This document shows positions 11,987-43,189 of a DNA stretch of 64,000 bases, piece after piece. This DNA comes from Tubulanus polymorphus (Eukaryota; Animalia; Nemertea): the NCBI RefSeq assembly GCF_964204645.1, contig NC_134029.1, positions 5,766,001 to 5,830,000 of the forward strand. The letters are read 5' to 3'. The notes under the pieces are model-generated. The model was given only the letters and a program-made list of their open reading frames with translations, did not search any database and was not told the origin of the DNA. The translations under genes and the position numbers were made by a program. The first letter of the stretch is position 1. Each line of letters starts with the position of its first letter.

Positions 11987-14900
11987 CTTGCCTCCAGTCA
12001 ACCTCCAACGCACGATGGTATAACGGGTGCTATTTGTATGTGTGTTGCAGTGTATAGAGTTTCCTACCGCATTCTAAACAGTTATGTTGAAGGTATTCTG
12101 TCAAGACTTTTTCACCACGTACTCTCGAAGATCATTTCTATCGTGAAAAAGTTAGCGGTAATATAAAGAAATTATACAAATCGCCTTTGGTGTCATAGGC
12201 AAAGCTAGCGAGAAGCGATCGGGACACTTCGCTGTATCTTTCATAACGGCCTAGGAGAACACTATAATGATACAATAACAAGCTTTCTTTCTTATATTAT
12301 CGTATTCATACTTTATTTTCATTATTCAAATATTTTACACCGGATCGCAGAAGAGATAACAAAGCTAGAAATATAAATCAAAAGGTTTTCTCGTATATTC
12401 TTTAAGAGAAACGACGGGACAAAAGTAAGGTGTTTTTGAGGATTTCGAAAAAAAATTCTCCAGAAAACGATGCAATCATTCGGTTTCAGTTCCGTGTTGG
12501 TTTGTGGGTTAGGTTAATACTAAAACAAAAATAAAATATTCCAATATCTAACCAAATAAAAAGCGTTAATCTATACGCAGAACTGACTAAAAGATTAATG
12601 GCCAACATAGGCAATTTTGCGTGTTTTGATGTTACCATGTGAAAACATAAAATCAAGTGGTTGTTTCGCAATTCTTAAATTGACCAATCCTCGAATATAA
12701 TCTCGCAAGAAATTTTCTACAATAAACTGTCAACCTTGGCTGTCTACTTACACTCTTTGATACATAATGATATGTTTATCAAGGTTTTGGAATGTAGGAG
12801 CAGAGAAACACACACGTATATCATTACGATCACTAATTTTACACATAATTTTCAGGTCTTTTTCATATACGATGATGGTAAATATCTTACAGAACAATAC
12901 TTTTTGGATCAACATCTAGTAATCTATGATACAAATGTTCCTAATCTACAAAGTCTTTTCAGATGCGTTTACGTAATTTTAGTACGAAAATAGTCCCTTC
13001 TTGTGTCGCATGCTGCAGATCTATACGACAATCAATGTACATATACAAACATTTTACAAAAGGTCGACACGGTTAGATAAATATAATCTTTTACCGAAAA
13101 CGTATCGTGATTTTTCGTATAGTCAAAGTAGTTGCAAAAATTCGAGTCAACGGATAATTGATTCGCGTAGTGTAAAAACAGATAAACGATACGGAATGGG
13201 ACTTAATTTCGCCGAAGTGAAAGTGACATCCGAATCTTTCGGTGAAAACATAATTTTGTATATCTGAATAGCTATCCGCCGTAGGCCCGCTACGGACGTC
13301 GGATCAAGAAAAACATTAATAGAATGGCTTTACTTTAACAACTTTACTTACGGAAATTGCTTTCTATTACTGAAAAAGTACGCTTTACCAGCATTGGGTG
13401 GACGAGGGCTTATCGCAGGTGCTGGACAGAGGATGTCCTTAAAGGAAAGCATTAGTCTAAGAGAAATAGAGTGTGGATATTACAATGAAACAACGCAGTT
13501 AAGCGTATCTAATATGCGGTTCTAGAGACTAAGATTTCCAACTACTCATGTATACTAAAAGCATTTCTTGATACGACTAAAGTGGTTGGATTCAGTTCTG
13601 CATAGGCCGTGGGGAAAACCAGGAACGAAAAGCCCACCGTAATCGCTATGCAGTATTTTTGCGAGTACGTAGGTCTTGGATGGGATTCTCTAAACTCAAA
13701 TTCTAGCCTCTAAACCAAATCATCTATATATCCTTAGCATTAAACCAAAATGCAGCGAAATCTAAACATTTAACTATAAAATAGCACATCTACGTCTATA
13801 TTGTAATTAACGTTTATATGGCAAGGATACTACAGAAGTTTTTTAGGCAGACGAAAATCCGAAAAACCCATCTAAACCTCTCTACATACCTCGAATATCA
13901 ACAACACAAAATATCTATTACATCAAACATGTAACAGTAAGGTACCGTATCACGACTAATGTATGTACACATTCTTTTCTACGAAATAAATGAACTTGAA
14001 CTTGACATCCCCACGGATATCTTCTTCCAGAAATGTGTTTATTTCTTCTATTGACACTATATCTTCGTACGTGGATTTTTCAGAGAATTCGAGATTTCTG
14101 CTCTTACGGGAGACGGTGGTGCTCAATAATGTATTCAAACACGTAATGATTTTCAGTTGTTATAAATTTTTTCAATCGTATTGATCCGATGTAAACTTTT
14201 TTTTCAGAAATGGCGGGACATCCCACGTAATATGCCGACATTACTGTTCCTATCTGATGCCGCGTAATACACGACGGGAACAAATATATTTCGGTAAAAC
14301 CGATATTTTCAGATGCTGCGTAACGAGTGTTGTCGAAACAGAAAAACGATTAGACCTTCTCCGGAGGTTTCCGTTGATTTATCAAATATCAATATTTTCT
14401 CAGTTGTCCCTATGGGAATGAGCATTGAATATACGACACAATCAAACTAACTCCTCTGTTCTTCGACAAAAATAATCACCGTAATGATTATAATGATAGT
14501 ACAGTATATAACAAATTAATAAACAGCTAACATACTTTATAAACTAAACTAGAAACTTAACAATGATATAAGCGCCCTCCATCTTTCTCTCCCTTAACGA
14601 TAACGTTATCTATCACAAAATCATCCCGTAACGAGACGATCCAAACAGCACTAATAGTCAACATTTTCGAGGATAATATTTTGGCGAGTTATCTCTATTT
14701 TGTTGGTCAACGTAAGCATTCGATTTGTTTGGTTTCTGCCAGATTTTAGATCGACGAATTCTGAGATCAAAAATGACGGCCTCCGAGACCCTTGTGTCTT
14801 TGTAACCGAAAAAGAGGTACCAGATAACTGTGATTTTATCTATAACTCATAATCATATGATAAACTCTAAATTTATCCAACTGAAACTTTTCACTAATAG

Positions 14901-15480
14901 TGCACTTTCAACAATCATTGCTATATCACTATTGCTTTGACTTTTTAACAAGAAACATCATAAACGACAGTGAATAAATTACATATAATCATATACAATA
15001 GATTTTAGAATAATCTTCTGATAAAGCCATAAGTTCTACAATATAATATGTTAATTAATATGTTTATGTATATAATATAGTGTGTATGATATTGTTCTTT
15101 AAATAGGATTTTTACAGTTTTACTTATATCACATCCGGGTTAAATCCGGTTAATACTTTGACACAGTTATTTTTTCCTACACGCTCTTTCCGATCACAGA
15201 TCAACACAGTTCAATCTGACATAACGAATACTCTGATCACGTTATGAATCACAGACGTTACAATACTTTCTTCCAACACGGTTCTTCTACAATTCAGTAA
15301 CCGTCAAAATCTTAATACACTTGCGAATCCGCGTGTGAGTAAACTACAATCCGCGCTGATTGTCTGAATCAGGGGCCGGAAGTGCTTGTCTTTTGGCCGT
15401 GAGCGAGACTCAACGGCGCGGATGATTTTAACATTCGCCAGCACGCAACTTCATTCGGTCAACATCAACTTTCTAAATGT

Positions 15481-33311
<17,831 letters not shown>

Positions 33312-36300
33312 CCATGTTGCATAACATACGTCCACATTATCGACGAGACGGATTCAGTGGGCAAGTGAGTTCTGGTCATCGGTAGCCATTATTCGAAGAA
33401 AACGTGTATAAAACGTATCCGGTCTTTCTCTCAGAAGTCCGCGGTTGATTGGTGTAAGGTTAATTGAAAGTCGTAAATTACGATGCCGGATCTTCACAAT
33501 GTATAGTTCCTTAGTCTGTGGAACGTGTTTGGCACAAATGCAACTTCGCTTTTCGTAGTATCCATGATGTTTTTCTTATGCAGACAATGCCGACAAAGAA
33601 TCCGTTATATTTGAATTTTTATGCACGAATGATAAGAACTGCCCATTGACCAAGGACAATGTTCGCCGAGACTGCCTTTTGGATGAAGATGTGGGAGGTT
33701 TTTTCGTAATTAGCCGTTCCTTCCTGGCGTCTTGCAGCTTCTTTAGCGTGGTACTGATAATGCAATCTGACGTTTCTATACGCACCATACCACGCCATAC
33801 GTCACTACTAGTGAAATGTCGATTATTGCTAGCTTACGAACGCCGTATAGTAAAGCGAATTCTTCATCGATCTATTGTACCCAACCAGTAGGCCTACTCT
33901 TGGTATATGACAAAACTGTTGCAGCAACATCACTGATAAGCTACGAGACACGCCGCCCGATTCTGCTGCAAAACACTTTGTAGAAAGAACATCCCACTCG
34001 TTGTTGCAACGCCGGGCGTACCGCTATACACGTGGTGGTCTCTTGGCTTACAGACGTGCAATTTTAGTTTCAGTTTGAAAGTCTAAGGCGATGCACTTTT
34101 AAGCCAACTCTCGTCTCGGGGTTGAAAAACACCACGCAGATATTTTCAGACGCTAGAATATGACTTCGAGACGTTGGTTGACTTTTACGGCGTTGACACC
34201 CACGACAGAGAGGGAGAGAGAGATTACGTCTCCCGCAAGAACAGCGCACGTTATTTCAGTGGAACTGAGTAGTGTGTCTGATGTACGACGACGGCCGCGA
34301 TGCAATTTCTTTTTCATCAACAACTAACATCTTTACACTCGACGGAAGAGCTTGGCTCGAGTTATTACTCACACTATGCCAAGAAACTGCACCGGTTACT
34401 CACGGATACCGGCATAAAATCAGCTGCATTTTGGCTTCGAGCCAGTATCACGCAAAACTCACGGTCAAATATATATACTATGGTGATATTGCGCGCCATG
34501 GATCAAAAGGCTTTTTTATAGAATAATCACATCAGGTTATTGGGCCGAACGTTTTGATCATTCGCAAGTTCCCGATCGTTAAAAACCTTTTCATAATTCT
34601 CACCCGAGGATTAGCGAAATCCAAATCCGGCCTCAGACTGTCAGAATCGTCTGTCGTTTGCTCTCTTCGACGACAGCCGGCAGCAATTTCCTCCTTGATT
34701 TAAAAAGAACTACGAGACAAAAAGGCACACTCCGGCGAAAAGACTTATCCATGTGTGGAGGTCATTCGAGTCAACCTACATTATATTGGGTATAGTTTAT
34801 TTCGAACTGGGAGATGGGAGAGAATTAAGCGTTATTCTTAAACTACCAATATTTTTGTCAGTTTTATATAACTTTTCTTTTCCGTAAGTAAATAAGTAAA
34901 AGCATTTGGTAACGTAAGCCCCTTTCTGTCCGACGACCAAAGGTTTTGACGTACGGTACACATGAAGTCTTTGCTATCTGTAAAAGTGTCACTTGACTAA
35001 ATGAAAATAAAGATTTGTAAATCTCAGAGATGCGTTATGGCTGACGCAGTGATGTCTCCCTCAAAATGAGAATTACTCTCGCAATGACGTAGCAAAATGA
35101 TGTAGCATCTACGCTGACCGTATCGCAATCTCTTCACTTCCTTCGGTCTACCGGCAGTGAGTCCAGTTCCGGGGTACTCGTATATACAATTTCTGATTAT
35201 TTTGGTTTGAAGGCCAGGGGCTCCTGTTCAGTTGCATATTTTCGTTTTCATAAACGTTTATAAGAGTGAAGAAAACTGGCCTTTCGGAATGTTCTGGTGT
35301 TTGCAAATATTACGAATGCATAAGTTTATCCTTCTTTCAATTTATAAATCCAAATATGTTGGGGCTGTCGGTTTTACACCTAGCTGTTTTGATTTCAATT
35401 TGTTGCCAAAAGACCAACCTAACTATACCACTGCCTACGTACGTACGTACGCTCTCTTCTCGCAAATTCTAAGAAACAAATACATGTGCCACGAGAGTTT
35501 TGTTGTTTTTTAGGTTGGCAAATTGCGGCCACAACCAACCGCAGACATGAATAATCTATTTATCTCGCCTAGAGGCCAGACGATCGATACGCGTCCCTGG
35601 GGAGGTGGCGAACCCCTATGAAGATCATTGCACAAGCTCGTTAACCATTTGCCATCGCATTGCCGAACCTTATCGTGGGGTGGTTTTGTCGATGTTTTGC
35701 TCATCTTTAGATCCGAAATTCATTAGTTTTCGATTCCCTAATTATAACGCATTATTCAAAGTATAGACATTTTTCGATTTGTGGGCAGCAAAAATAGCAT
35801 CACAATTATGGCAGCCGGGGTCGTCTGCAGTATTAGTTGGATTGTATGGGATTTCTGTCGATATATCGATTTGAATGCGACCCGGCGGAATTAAAGACAC
35901 CCACGCTTGATACTATATGGCGAGAAAGGTCGTCAACTGATCCCGTTTAATAGAATACACTTTAGATTTAATTGAATCTAAATTCAAAATCTAAACTGCA
36001 AACCAAACGATCCAATACAAGTAATTTTGGGATTCGACCGTACAAGCACCGTAGAGCAAGCGCAGCTAATGCTCCCGAACTAAACGTGGCGATCTCTACG
36101 CCGACTGCGCCATCTGCCGATCAGACAACAAATTGAAATACCAGATGGAAAAATTCACTAAAACATATTTTAAATCAAAAAACCAAATTTGTATTTATTT
36201 TTTCTATCATTCGTTTGCCGATAGTTGTATAAAGAAATTTATTCGAAAATGAAAAAGCACAGCCAAAGCAAACCTGAATCGTTGAGTGAAGTTCATTTGT

Positions 36301-36494
36301 TTTTCGTCATTGAAATGAAAAACCACTCATTACTTATTAAATTTGAACTCACAATGATACAAAACGATGCAACAGGATTATTAACGGATAGCACACAATT
36401 TCAACGGCTTAAATTCAGTTCACAGAAAAGTACGAATGTATGTTTGTTCCAAGAGCTCCGAATGACTTGTTGATATGATAATACGGTTAGTGCT

Positions 36495-39400
36495 CTAAAC
36501 CTCAGCAGCACCTGCTCCTGGAGCTGAGCCGCCACCGCTTTCATCTCCCTTCTTTTTCAGTCCAGAGACGATATCGTCAATTCTCAACAAAAGAATCGCA
36601 GTCTACAAGAAAATAATGAGAATTTTTTTGTATCTATAATACCGAAACGTACGGAGGTGTATGTGATGTATATGTGAAGCTACCTCGATAGCTGTCTTGT
36701 ACGTTTGTGCCTTGACGGAATAAGGTTCCCAAATTCCAAATTCTTTCATGTCCACGATGTTACCAGTTTCGCCATCGATACCCCAGGAGAGATTGCCTTC
36801 TGTGGCATGTTTAGCCTGAAATCATAAGACACAAAATATCAATTCATTTAAATGCTCAAAGTATTTAAATATCGAAGCACACAGATACTACATAAAACCT
36901 TAAGATAACTGACTTAAGATATGACCAATACGAGAGCAACCAATATCAGTTTCATACTAGATGATTTTGGTTATGACAGTTTTGAATTCCCTCATATTGT
37001 TCATATCTTGAGTCAGTTATCTCAAGGTTTTCTGTAGTACATGTAAAATAAATCTATAAAATAAAAGTAAATATTTACTATTCAAGACTCTGATGTACAC
37101 GATGAAATATCAAACATACTATAGACTGTAGCTGCACTGGATATGAGATGCAGGAAAGCCAGCAGTTCCCTGGTTTAATCAAAAGTCAACGTGCTAGACT
37201 TCACAATTAGGAAATTAAATATATCTTGTTGACATACCCGTAAAGCAGTAATGGTTCTGATCGTGTTAGCACCGCAATTCTGGATGAGAGTTCTCGGTAT
37301 AACCTCCAGGGCTTTACATACGCTGCGATACGGCCATTGATGAACTCCGGTTATACCCTTAGCTCGTTCATTTAACAACTGAAAATAAACAGAATTTGCC
37401 TTTATAATCATCTAAGCCAAATTATCAAACTTGAACATAAATTACAGAACCATAGCAGTAGAATATCAATCAAATCTACAGTGACTATCTCAAATTTTCA
37501 CTTAATTCGAATGATACTCAGTGGACCCAATTGATTGAGTTTGGTGGTGTCTATAATTCTAAGTGTTCATATTTAGGGTTTGCTGACCTCCGTCAGGGTT
37601 AGGGTACACATTTCTATTCTTAGATTGGTGAGTGTCGGAACCATGAGATAGGTCCTGCTCAAATAGCAAGGATTCAGTGAGTCACACACTTCATAACACG
37701 AAGACTGGCGTATGTTATGAAGTTTTCAAATTCGATACTCACATGTGCTACTTCCATTTCTACCGCACCGCCGCCGGGTACGAGTCTCGCGTCGAGCATT
37801 ACGTTACGCGCTACGTTCATAGCGTCCTGGAGATTCCTATCGACCTCGTTCAATATGTCTTTACTCGCTCCTCGCAACAAGATCGTACAAGCCTTCGGGT
37901 TCTTACACTGAGTCAGGAATGTAAAGTACCTGAAAGGAAAGTTGCCATTCTGTAACTGAGTCACTACTCAAAGACAGCTACCATATCCTTCTTTAAGAGC
38001 AAAAATTACCATTTCTTTATGAGCTAAAATTACTGAATCAAGCCAAATTCAGATGTTCATTCATCAAGTATTTACACAATATTTTGCTGATACTACACAA
38101 TTTTTTTAAGCATTGTGTACAGGAGTAGACATTTTTGACTTCCTCTCCATGGATAAGTTTTACACAACAATATGTATTTAATGGACCCCGCCTCACAATT
38201 CACTCACGACTTGTACTTACTCATCCCCGATTTTCTTGATCTCAAAAAGTCCGCATTCAGTTCCGATATCTTCTTCCTTCAATTCGTCAGTTCTGTTAAC
38301 TATTTGAGCGCCAACAGCCCTGTAAATATAAACATTCAACTTCAGATTTAGAACGACAGGAGACGCGGAGGCGACTTCACACTTTTTCTACAATTCACAC
38401 AGTGCTCGTCCACTACTTACCGAGCGATACGGTTGTTGTCACTCTTTCTAACACGGCGAATAGCAGTAATTCCGGCTTTAACCAAATAATGTTGCGCGAG
38501 ATCTGAAACGCCTTTCTCGGTGATTAACAGATCGGGTTTCAACGCGATGATATCCGAACACATCGTTTGGATGTATTCTTCCTCGAGCAGGAGAATTTTT
38601 CTGAAAATATAATTACATGAATGAACGCAATTTTAAATCTATACATCACGGACCAGTTCCGCAACCATTCAGTCAAAATCTGTCAATCATCTCCCTCCTG
38701 AGTCAAACCGAACATCACTAGAAGTGGATTCAGAGGCCCGTTTCGATAACATTTATTACATCAATTTCCATCAATTTGCGAATTATTTCATAAATCTTAA
38801 TAACTGACCTCTTATTTTATTGTAAGATATTGAGAATTAGAAAAATGTCAAAAATCAAGATCATAACTGAACAACCATAATATCAATTCAAACAAGTCAT
38901 TGTTTTTTCTTACATTTCGGAGTTAATTCAGATTTCTCTTCATGATATTCATCAAAACAATAAATAGACTCAACTATTCACAACCATTCACTTACTGGAA
39001 ATCGGTCTCATTGGTGATTTCTATGTTGGTTTGACTTTCTCCTTTTTTATACTCCAAGTTACAGTCGAGCAAAACGATTCGAGGATTTTCGATTCTTCGC
39101 TTCATTTTCGAATGCACGACATCCTTGTTGATCATGACGCCGTTGAGAACCTCTGAATCCTCGATGGCACCGCCGGGAACCTGTATGAAATGAAAGAAAG
39201 CAATTTTAGTTAACATTTCCATTCACTAGTGAGAACTTGACTGGATGGAACTTTTTATTTTCATGTGGAAATATCCCCCCTTCTTTTTGTCCCATTACAT
39301 TTTACATCGCTAAATATAGAACTAATATCAAGAATAAACTTCAGTCGATGTTTAATAGGCCCATAACTGTTTTGACTCATAAAAGTTAAATCATTGGAAA

Positions 39401-41626
39401 AAAACTTATTTTCGATTTTTGTTGGAGGTTTTCTTTTAAAAAGCAAGCAATACTTACCTTTTCTACTTTAGCATATCTTTTGATGTCTATTTCCTTACGA
39501 CCACCCTCTTCTAGTGACACGGTGGACACAGCTTTTAAAGCTATAGAACATATTAGATCAGACCTGAAAACAGATAACAACAATTAACACTATTTGAGAT
39601 TCTCTTTTCATATAATATGAAAGCTGTGCTATTTCTTATCACAATTCGCCCAGTTTCTTTCAGTAGAGTCAGATATCGCAAAATTGCCAAGAAATTCAAC
39701 TTACCATTTATTAACAAATTTAGTGCCAATACAGCTGCGAACAATTTTCATCATTTCGTCTTTGTTGTTGATATCAATCGGAACGCTGCAATGAATCACC
39801 ATAATTCGATTGCAAAAGGTTTAAGGTTAAAGATAAACTTTGGATGTAGAAAATACACCAGGCACGTACCTAGCTTTTTGTTTCAGTATGTCTAGAAGGT
39901 CTTCCAGCGCTTGCTTCAAAGCGCTAATTATAACCGTCGGGTGCATCTGTTGACCGAGGAATGGACCAGCAATAGACAACATTTCACCAGCTACAAAAAC
40001 AACCCATTTAAGCAAGATACAGGTATCATTCAGATATGGTGGTGTAGATATGTATGTGGCCCGATACTGAAGGAGGTGTAATAGTTTCAGGTACATTTTC
40101 AAAGGAATAACCAGCAACCGCAGACATTGTGAGGCAAACATCTTCCACAATCAATTTTCTAAAGTTAAATAGCAAACAAACTATCAGTAGGCCGGTAATT
40201 TGGCTGCACCCAGCAACTCAAATTTCATGTCCGTTCTTGGTGGTATAGGGCCTATGTGACATATGGGCCTTTCAAAATTTTCATTGCTCGCAAAAGGTAC
40301 CGGGGACCCATGGCCTACATGCCTTGTGTCCCCTGACAATGCTTTAAAGATCTGAATCTTTTTTTTTCAACCATAAAACCTACCTAAAATAATAACTGAG
40401 GTGGTTCCATCACCAACTTCTTCATCTTGTGTACGAGCGATTTCAATCATAGATTTAGCTGCTGGATGCTCTACTGTTATCTATTATCAAGTAAAACCAA
40501 AACCGTCATTAACTCCCAACAAATAATTTCATTTTGAAAACACATATTCCCTAGATCAAGTAAGTTACTTACCTCTCTCAAAATGGCATTTCCATCATTT
40601 GTCATTACGATACCTCCCATAGGGTCCATCAACATCTGAATGATTCAAGCAAGAATTCAGTTAAATTGAGTACAGGTGTAATAGAAAAACGATTTGAGAA
40701 AATATCTGTAATACGCTTCAGTACCTTTAACATAGCTCTTGGACCGAGACATGTTCTTATGACATCGGCAATAGTCTGAAAAACATACATAGAAAGCAGT
40801 CAATCAAAGGTATTACTTTTTTATTAGGCCTCTACATTGGCCTACCCTATACTAGTCCAGTTATCTACAAACCCGAAGCCTAGTATCTACAAGTAGTTCA
40901 CACAGTTGAATAACAGAATTATCTAGAATTACTTAGAATCATCAGTCCTTCCATACACAACTTTACCCCCAGTAGACTACGAAATTTATTGATTCAAAAA
41001 TTAATTTTTTCAAAATTATCAAATGGTCTGTGTGTAAGCCTCGACTTATCTTAGGATTGGGGCTGTGCATGGTTATACTTAATTCTTGGATAAGGGATAT
41101 TGTTTATATCAGGACATGAGGGTTAGGAGCCTGTGCAGCCATGTATGGCCTCTGTTAGGTTGGGGGTGGCAATACCAGTCCTCTGATGTGTCGTGACTCG
41201 GACATCTGCGGTGGTCTGGTGGTGTGGTCATGGAAACTGCAGTACCAATTGCCAATTGGCATTATGGATTTTGATTAGAATTAACTATGAACTATTTCAC
41301 TTTCTTCTTTAATGAAAAACCCCAAAACTCAAAAACTATTGTGAACTTCGAAAATTACATTTCGACTTCACGAAATATTCTCTCGGATTTTCTAGAATAA
41401 TCCATCATGACAGAACTTGTGAAAAACAACATGGCGCCGCCCATGAGAGCATACCTTAGCCGCATTAACATTGCCTAGCTGAACCTTTCTACCATGTTCA
41501 CGCTTCGTGTTTTGATCTGAAACAGAAGTTTAGTTGCAGTTTTACGTATCTAACTTGTTTTTGTCGGGAATTTAACGGATAAAATAACCTACTGAGCACA
41601 ATAATCGGCGAACCGCCTTGCATCAT
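36495..41626 (-). CDS. CCT3: T-complex protein 1 subunit gamma (TRiC/CCT chaperonin), ~15 exons
   Basis: Starts [11 protein letters not shown]|[21 protein letters not shown]|[17 protein letters not shown]|[21 protein letters not shown]. Also [79 protein letters not shown]. Stop at 36495-36497. Confidence 0.98.
36886..37039. mobile_element. Foldback MITE (~154 bp) in a CCT3 intron
   Basis: ~45-bp imperfect TIRs tactacataaaaccttaagataactgacttaagatatgaccaata / tattgttcatatcttgagtcagttatctcaaggttttctgtagta, bounded by TA at both ends. Confidence 0.85.
38665..38728 (-). ncRNA. Candidate intronic box C/D snoRNA in CCT3
   Basis: Host-sense strand reads cca.ttcta-GTGATGT(box C-like)-tcggtttgactcaggagggag-ATGATT(C'-like)-gacagattttga-CTGA(box D)-atgg with a short terminal cca/tgg stem. 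No target identified. Confidence 0.4.
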
Positions 41627-43035
41627 CGTGAGTGCGAGTGTTGAGCCGGAAGAATGTGGGTTAACACGAAAATCAGGAAACGGTCTGTAGAGCGAGACGA
41701 CCCGGAGTCACCCGTACATCACACATAGTTTTTTCGTGTGGTGGCCCGTGGGGTTTTTGAGACACGAAATAACTATGTGGATATCAAATCAATCGATCAA
41801 ATAGTGGGAATATCATTTTTAAGTTACCACTTCTCTACTAAAATTTGTATTTGACGCTGAGAGAAATTGTCTGGCGTTTGCTTCTGGCACGGCCCGTGCC
41901 ACAAATTGCCTCCCCCGGCGCCTCGTCGAATTTCAGTGCAGGTCTAACCAAGGTTTTTTTTACGAGGTCCGGCTTGAAACCTAAAGTTTCGATCGAATCT
42001 TAAGTTTGGTCCAGCAATTGCCAGGCTGAGAAATCTTGCCAATCGGCGTAAACTATCATAATAGACTAATTCTAACTAGTTACTAAAATAACAAATGTTA
42101 CTAATACGACAGGTGCCTCTGGCGACTCATTGTAGGGCAAAATTCTAATTCGCTACGTAGCGCTGGTCTGATTAAGTTGTTATGGCAATGTATTCGAGGA
42201 TTTGGCGGACCTCCGGGGTATTTTGTGTCTGTCGTTGGCTTATTGACGAGAGGTGTAAATGGAACGGGATTTTCGTTCGTAACGCGGGGGACATTGTGTA
42301 TCAGATGGCCACTACAGCTGGAAAACGGTAAAATAAAGCGGTACACTGACGCCTCATTCACAGCCCGCAACAATAGTCAGTTAATCCTAATTGGAAAAGC
42401 CGATGTTTAATTCGTGGACACAAGAATTTATTGTCACCCGGATTAAAGATATTGCGAGACCCAAGTGAAGAAAAATCTGTACTTATTGCGTTCAATTAGA
42501 TCATTGATTAAAGGCGTCAAACGTCTGATCATTGGTGGCTTAATAAGTCAACTGATGATTGGTCAAATTATTCATTATCGTCATTTTTCAAAAATGTTTT
42601 CTAATCGCAGATATTGAATGGAAGAATATACCTTAAAACCATATTAAGTGCTGCAGACAATTCCATCTTCAAATTCGGTCATATTCGTTTTTTCTTTAAT
42701 ATAAGGTTGAAATTACTAATTGGTACTACCAAACAGAAACTTCTTCTGTAAATAGACAAAGGGATTGATAGTATAGTTCGGGTTGCTTAATCATACCTAA
42801 TGTCGCCTTTATACATAATTTGGTATAATCCCCTTAAAATTAACCGTTGTATAAACAGAGTCCACAGAAACAGCAAGCCAATTATGACTCATTATTTCTC
42901 ATTGCAGGTATATTGTCGATTACAAGTTTTATTGGCTTCAGAATTCCATACATCATTATGATCTCTAAACATAGAAGTCCCACAATTCAAATTTTTTATA
43001 CGGTTTAATCTATTGAAACGAAACCACAACAGAAT

Positions 43036-43189
43036 AGAACGATAACCACACTCAAACGTGGTGAACGGATAATAAGATAAAAACCCACTATCTACAGATT
43101 AAAAGAATTTAAAAACGATAATATATTTATTCAATCTAAAATATATAGAATACACGACGTTTTGATCTCACCCTAGAGATCATCGTCAG
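43036..43189 (-). mobile_element. Penelope-like element terminal (pLTR) fragment with hammerhead-ribozyme-like core
   Basis: Closely matches the reverse complement of 57356-57492. The minus strand begins CTGACGA-T-GATCTC-TAGGGT-GAGATC-AAAA-CGTC-GTGT, a hammerhead layout in which GAAA is mutated to AAAA. Confidence 0.7.

Noticed and set aside
1-12000. DET1/UGCG-like/MYND-UBL/GRHPR/SRPBCC-like genes as a single functional pathway cluster
   Set aside because: No shared pathway follows from established functions; proximity is explained by a compact genome unless conserved synteny or co-expression is shown.
38677-38701. Plus-strand AATCTGTCAATC (antisense to 18S GATTGACAGATT) as a snoRNA guide
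   Set aside because: It is antisense to the host gene and is not directly followed by a D box; likely chance.
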